64,000 bases of DNA, from the NCBI GenBank assembly GCA_020536535.1, contig JAHLWZ010000694.1, forward strand, positions 1 through 64,000. Direction: 5' to 3'. The first letter of the stretch is position 1, and each line of letters starts with the position of its first letter. A model generated the notes under the pieces. The model ran no database searches and had not been told where the DNA came from. It worked only from the letters and a program-made list of their open reading frames with translations. Both the position numbers and the translations under genes were made by a program. Positions 61,387 through 64,000 of this stretch are shown here, piece after piece. The DNA is from Pelomyxa schiedti. Taxonomy: Eukaryota > Protista > Evosea.

Positions 61387-64000
61387 ATGAGTAACAACAT
61401 GTTCGCACAGACGGCGCGCGAGATCGCCGTCAAGGCCACTGTTCATGCGGACAACAATCGTGTTCCTGAGGCTGTTTATCTGTACCAATTGTCTATTACT
61501 TTCATTGACAAGGCTGTAGCATGTACCTCTCTTTGTTCATCTCCAGTCCATGTTTTTGTTCACCACACCAACGCAAATTAGGCACCCAGGATGCACAAGT
61601 GAATCAAATATTGCTTAAAACAAAAGCACAATACCGTGAGTACATCGACTCACACAACGACAAGAGTACAGCGCCCCAAGTGCAACCGGCTCCTACACCT
61701 CCAACACAAACACCACTGCTCCCAACCCCAAGCAATCCAGCACCCACGGCCCCTGCTGTAACACCAAGCGCACAACCCATTCCCACTCCCACAGCTTCAC
61801 CTCCTCTAGTACCAAGTACACATCCTCCGTCAACAGTACTACCGAGTAGCAACCCTTCGACAGCACAAACAAGTAGCAATCCTTCAATCACAACACAACC
61901 GCCCGTTAACCCAACACCAACCACGTTTGTTCCGCAGATTGCCCTTCCTTCAACACCTGCTCCTCTACCTCCAAGTACAAACAACAGCACACAGACAGCT
62001 ACTGTACCATCAACATTAAATACAAACGGTACCCCGACCTCGGGGTCTCTCACTCGCACCATTTCTATGCAACCGACTACCATGCGCTCTCGGAACCTAC
62101 CAAATCCTCCCCGAGCCCATACCCCATCCCCTCCCCCTCCTCCTGTTTCAGTTGCCCCGCGTCCTCCAACGGCTGCTCCTCCACCCCCACCATCTAGTCA
62201 GAACACTATTATCGTACCACCGCAAGTCCCTGCCAACCCAATTCCCACTGCTACAACACCAACTGGGGCTGTGACATCCCCTTCTCCCTCAAATCCGTCA
62301 GTTCTTCCCTCTCCACCCACATCGTCAAGTACAAGTCCTGTTCTAAAACGAACTCAAACTACACCAGATATTGTTCTTGGAAGTGCTACAACATCTACTC
62401 TCACTTCTAATACAAGTGGGGTTGTTGGATGTGCCGTAGGTTCACTTTCAATACCTGCTCAGCAGCATCTTTCTCATATAAAAGAAGCCCTGAACGCTCA
62501 ACGAACAATTGCCACGCTTCCCCGTGACGCCACAGAAGAACAAAGGTAAAACACCGAATCATAAAGTAAGTTTCACATTTTTTTTTCATAGAGAAACCCA
62601 CGACGGCGTAACCGCCCTTTGGAAAGCAGATGACTTTAGAAAAGCAGGAAATTCAGTGGATGCCATAAAACAGTATGAGGTTTGCATTGATCATCTGCTA
62701 CGAGCAATATCTGGTAAACAAACAAAAGAGTGTTTTGGAAATCTAAATTTAATACATTTTTGTAACGTCTCACTCAATAATGAATACTTTTTCTTTCTTC
62801 TCTTTCTTTTATTTTATTGTTTTTAGTAGGGGACTCACGAAGATTCAAAAGGAAAGTGTCTCGATTGTCACTGCAGCCCCAACTAACAGACACCGAGCCC
62901 AGAGAGCCTTTACAAATGGTTTGTATCAGTAGTGTTAATTATCATTACTTGAAGTGATTTTTACTAGTCTTCCTATTGCACCACGATAGACTTTGTTAAC
63001 GACACTGTGCAATTGCACGAACGCTTGGGAGGCGGTGGTAGCGGTGCTACTGTATATCGATGCACTTGTGGGGGTCTAACTTTCGTGGCAAAACTAATGC
63101 CAGGGGACATGATGCCGGAGGTCTTTTTCACCATCTTTTTTTCTTGCGTTAACGAAAAACAAAGATGAAAAAAGCTCTTCTGGCGGAAATTGCAGTAATG
63201 CATTCCCTAGATCACCCTAATATCGTAAAATATCTCGGGCATGACCTCAGTAAACCGGTTAATATACCGCCTTTATAAACAAAATGTAACATATTGTTTC
63301 CAGAAAGAAATTCGACTTTACATGGAATACTATACTGATACTCTTTCGGGCGTTATTAAACAACATTTCACCAAGCATCAACTTTTGCCTCCGAGACAAA
63401 TAGCCCAGTGGGGATTCCAGATTGCCAAGGGGCTCAAGTATCTCCACAGTCTCACACCACCAATAATACACCGAGGTAAGCCAAATCCTCTGGAGTCTCT
63501 TAATCATTTCTCATCCCACCCTAGATTTAAAGAGTGAAAATGTATTTTCCCCTTTTTTGTGGTCCTTCTAATCTCAGGTACAGGTATTTGTCACTCGGTA
63601 CTTTAGCCTTTTAGTAGTAAATTAAAGACGTGGAATTTGAATACTTCTTACCTTAATACTCAACAATAGAGACCCGCAGAATCAAGTACAATTTCTGAAG
63701 ATTGGTACACAAACCTACACAAAGCAACTTGATAAACTTAACCTCCGTAGGCGACTTCGATACAGCGAAAGTTATAGAAGCAGCGAAACTCGCCTATACA
63801 AAGAACACTGGAACTTTGGGGTACGACCAGTCCAACTTTTGTGTTTGCACTGAAGCCTCTCAAATGGGTTAGATACATGGCACCCGAAGTAGTCAACCCT
63901 TCTGAAAAAGGCTACTCCGACAAAGCAGATAGTATCCATTCGCTATTCCCTTTTTACCGGCTTTTTCTCCTTCATTAACGGCTTTGTCCCTTACAGTTTG
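61387..64000 (+). CDS. Protein kinase with two MIT-like domains and a Pro-rich linker (runs off window)
   Basis: MIT-like AREIAVKATVHADNNRVPEAVYLY and KADDFRKAGNSVDAIKQYEVCIDHLL; kinase LGGGGSGATVY, FVAKL, LDHPNIVKY, YLHSLTPPIIHR|DLKSEN, KIG|DFD, GTLG|YMAPE. Confidence 0.85.

Noticed and set aside
1-64000. CRISPR arrays, rRNA, tRNA, transposase/RT genes, or prokaryotic contamination
   Set aside because: None recognised. The bacterial-type genes all contain spliceosomal introns and sit among eukaryote-specific genes.

Overview
Gene-dense, intron-rich eukaryotic DNA: many short GT-AG introns (mostly about 40-70 nt, often with CTAAC/CTAAT-like branch points), very short intergenic spacers and three 100-N scaffold gaps. 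The supplied ORF track therefore mostly shows exon fragments, and I joined exons by eye, so internal boundaries are approximate. Gene content (CudA-like factor, axonemal DNAI7/CASC1, bacterial-type radical-SAM and PEP-utilising enzymes, a lineage-type intronless protein) suggests an anaerobic, flagellated amoebozoan such as an archamoeba like Pelomyxa; this is inference. About 22 protein genes are visible: RPA1-like, RIF1-like, two FHA/CHK2-like kinases, CRIPT-like Zn protein, PEP-synthase/rifampin-phosphotransferase-like protein, CudA-like, two radical-SAM enzymes, DNAI7, ODC, CDCA7-like, kinase-KEN, DHU1-like LRR-WD40, calpain, caspase-like, ESS2, MIT-kinase and several hypotheticals. Most striking: (1) a soluble RNase L-like kinase-KEN protein with four CCCH zinc fingers and a Q/P-rich region where RNase L has ankyrins; (2) a rifampin-phosphotransferase-type dikinase spliced in frame to a C-terminal RING finger; (3) a WD40-like/pseudo-caspase/SAM/active-caspase protein head-to-head with a Cys-His-Asp calpain; (4) a 625-nt, doubly hairpinned intron inside ornithine decarboxylase.
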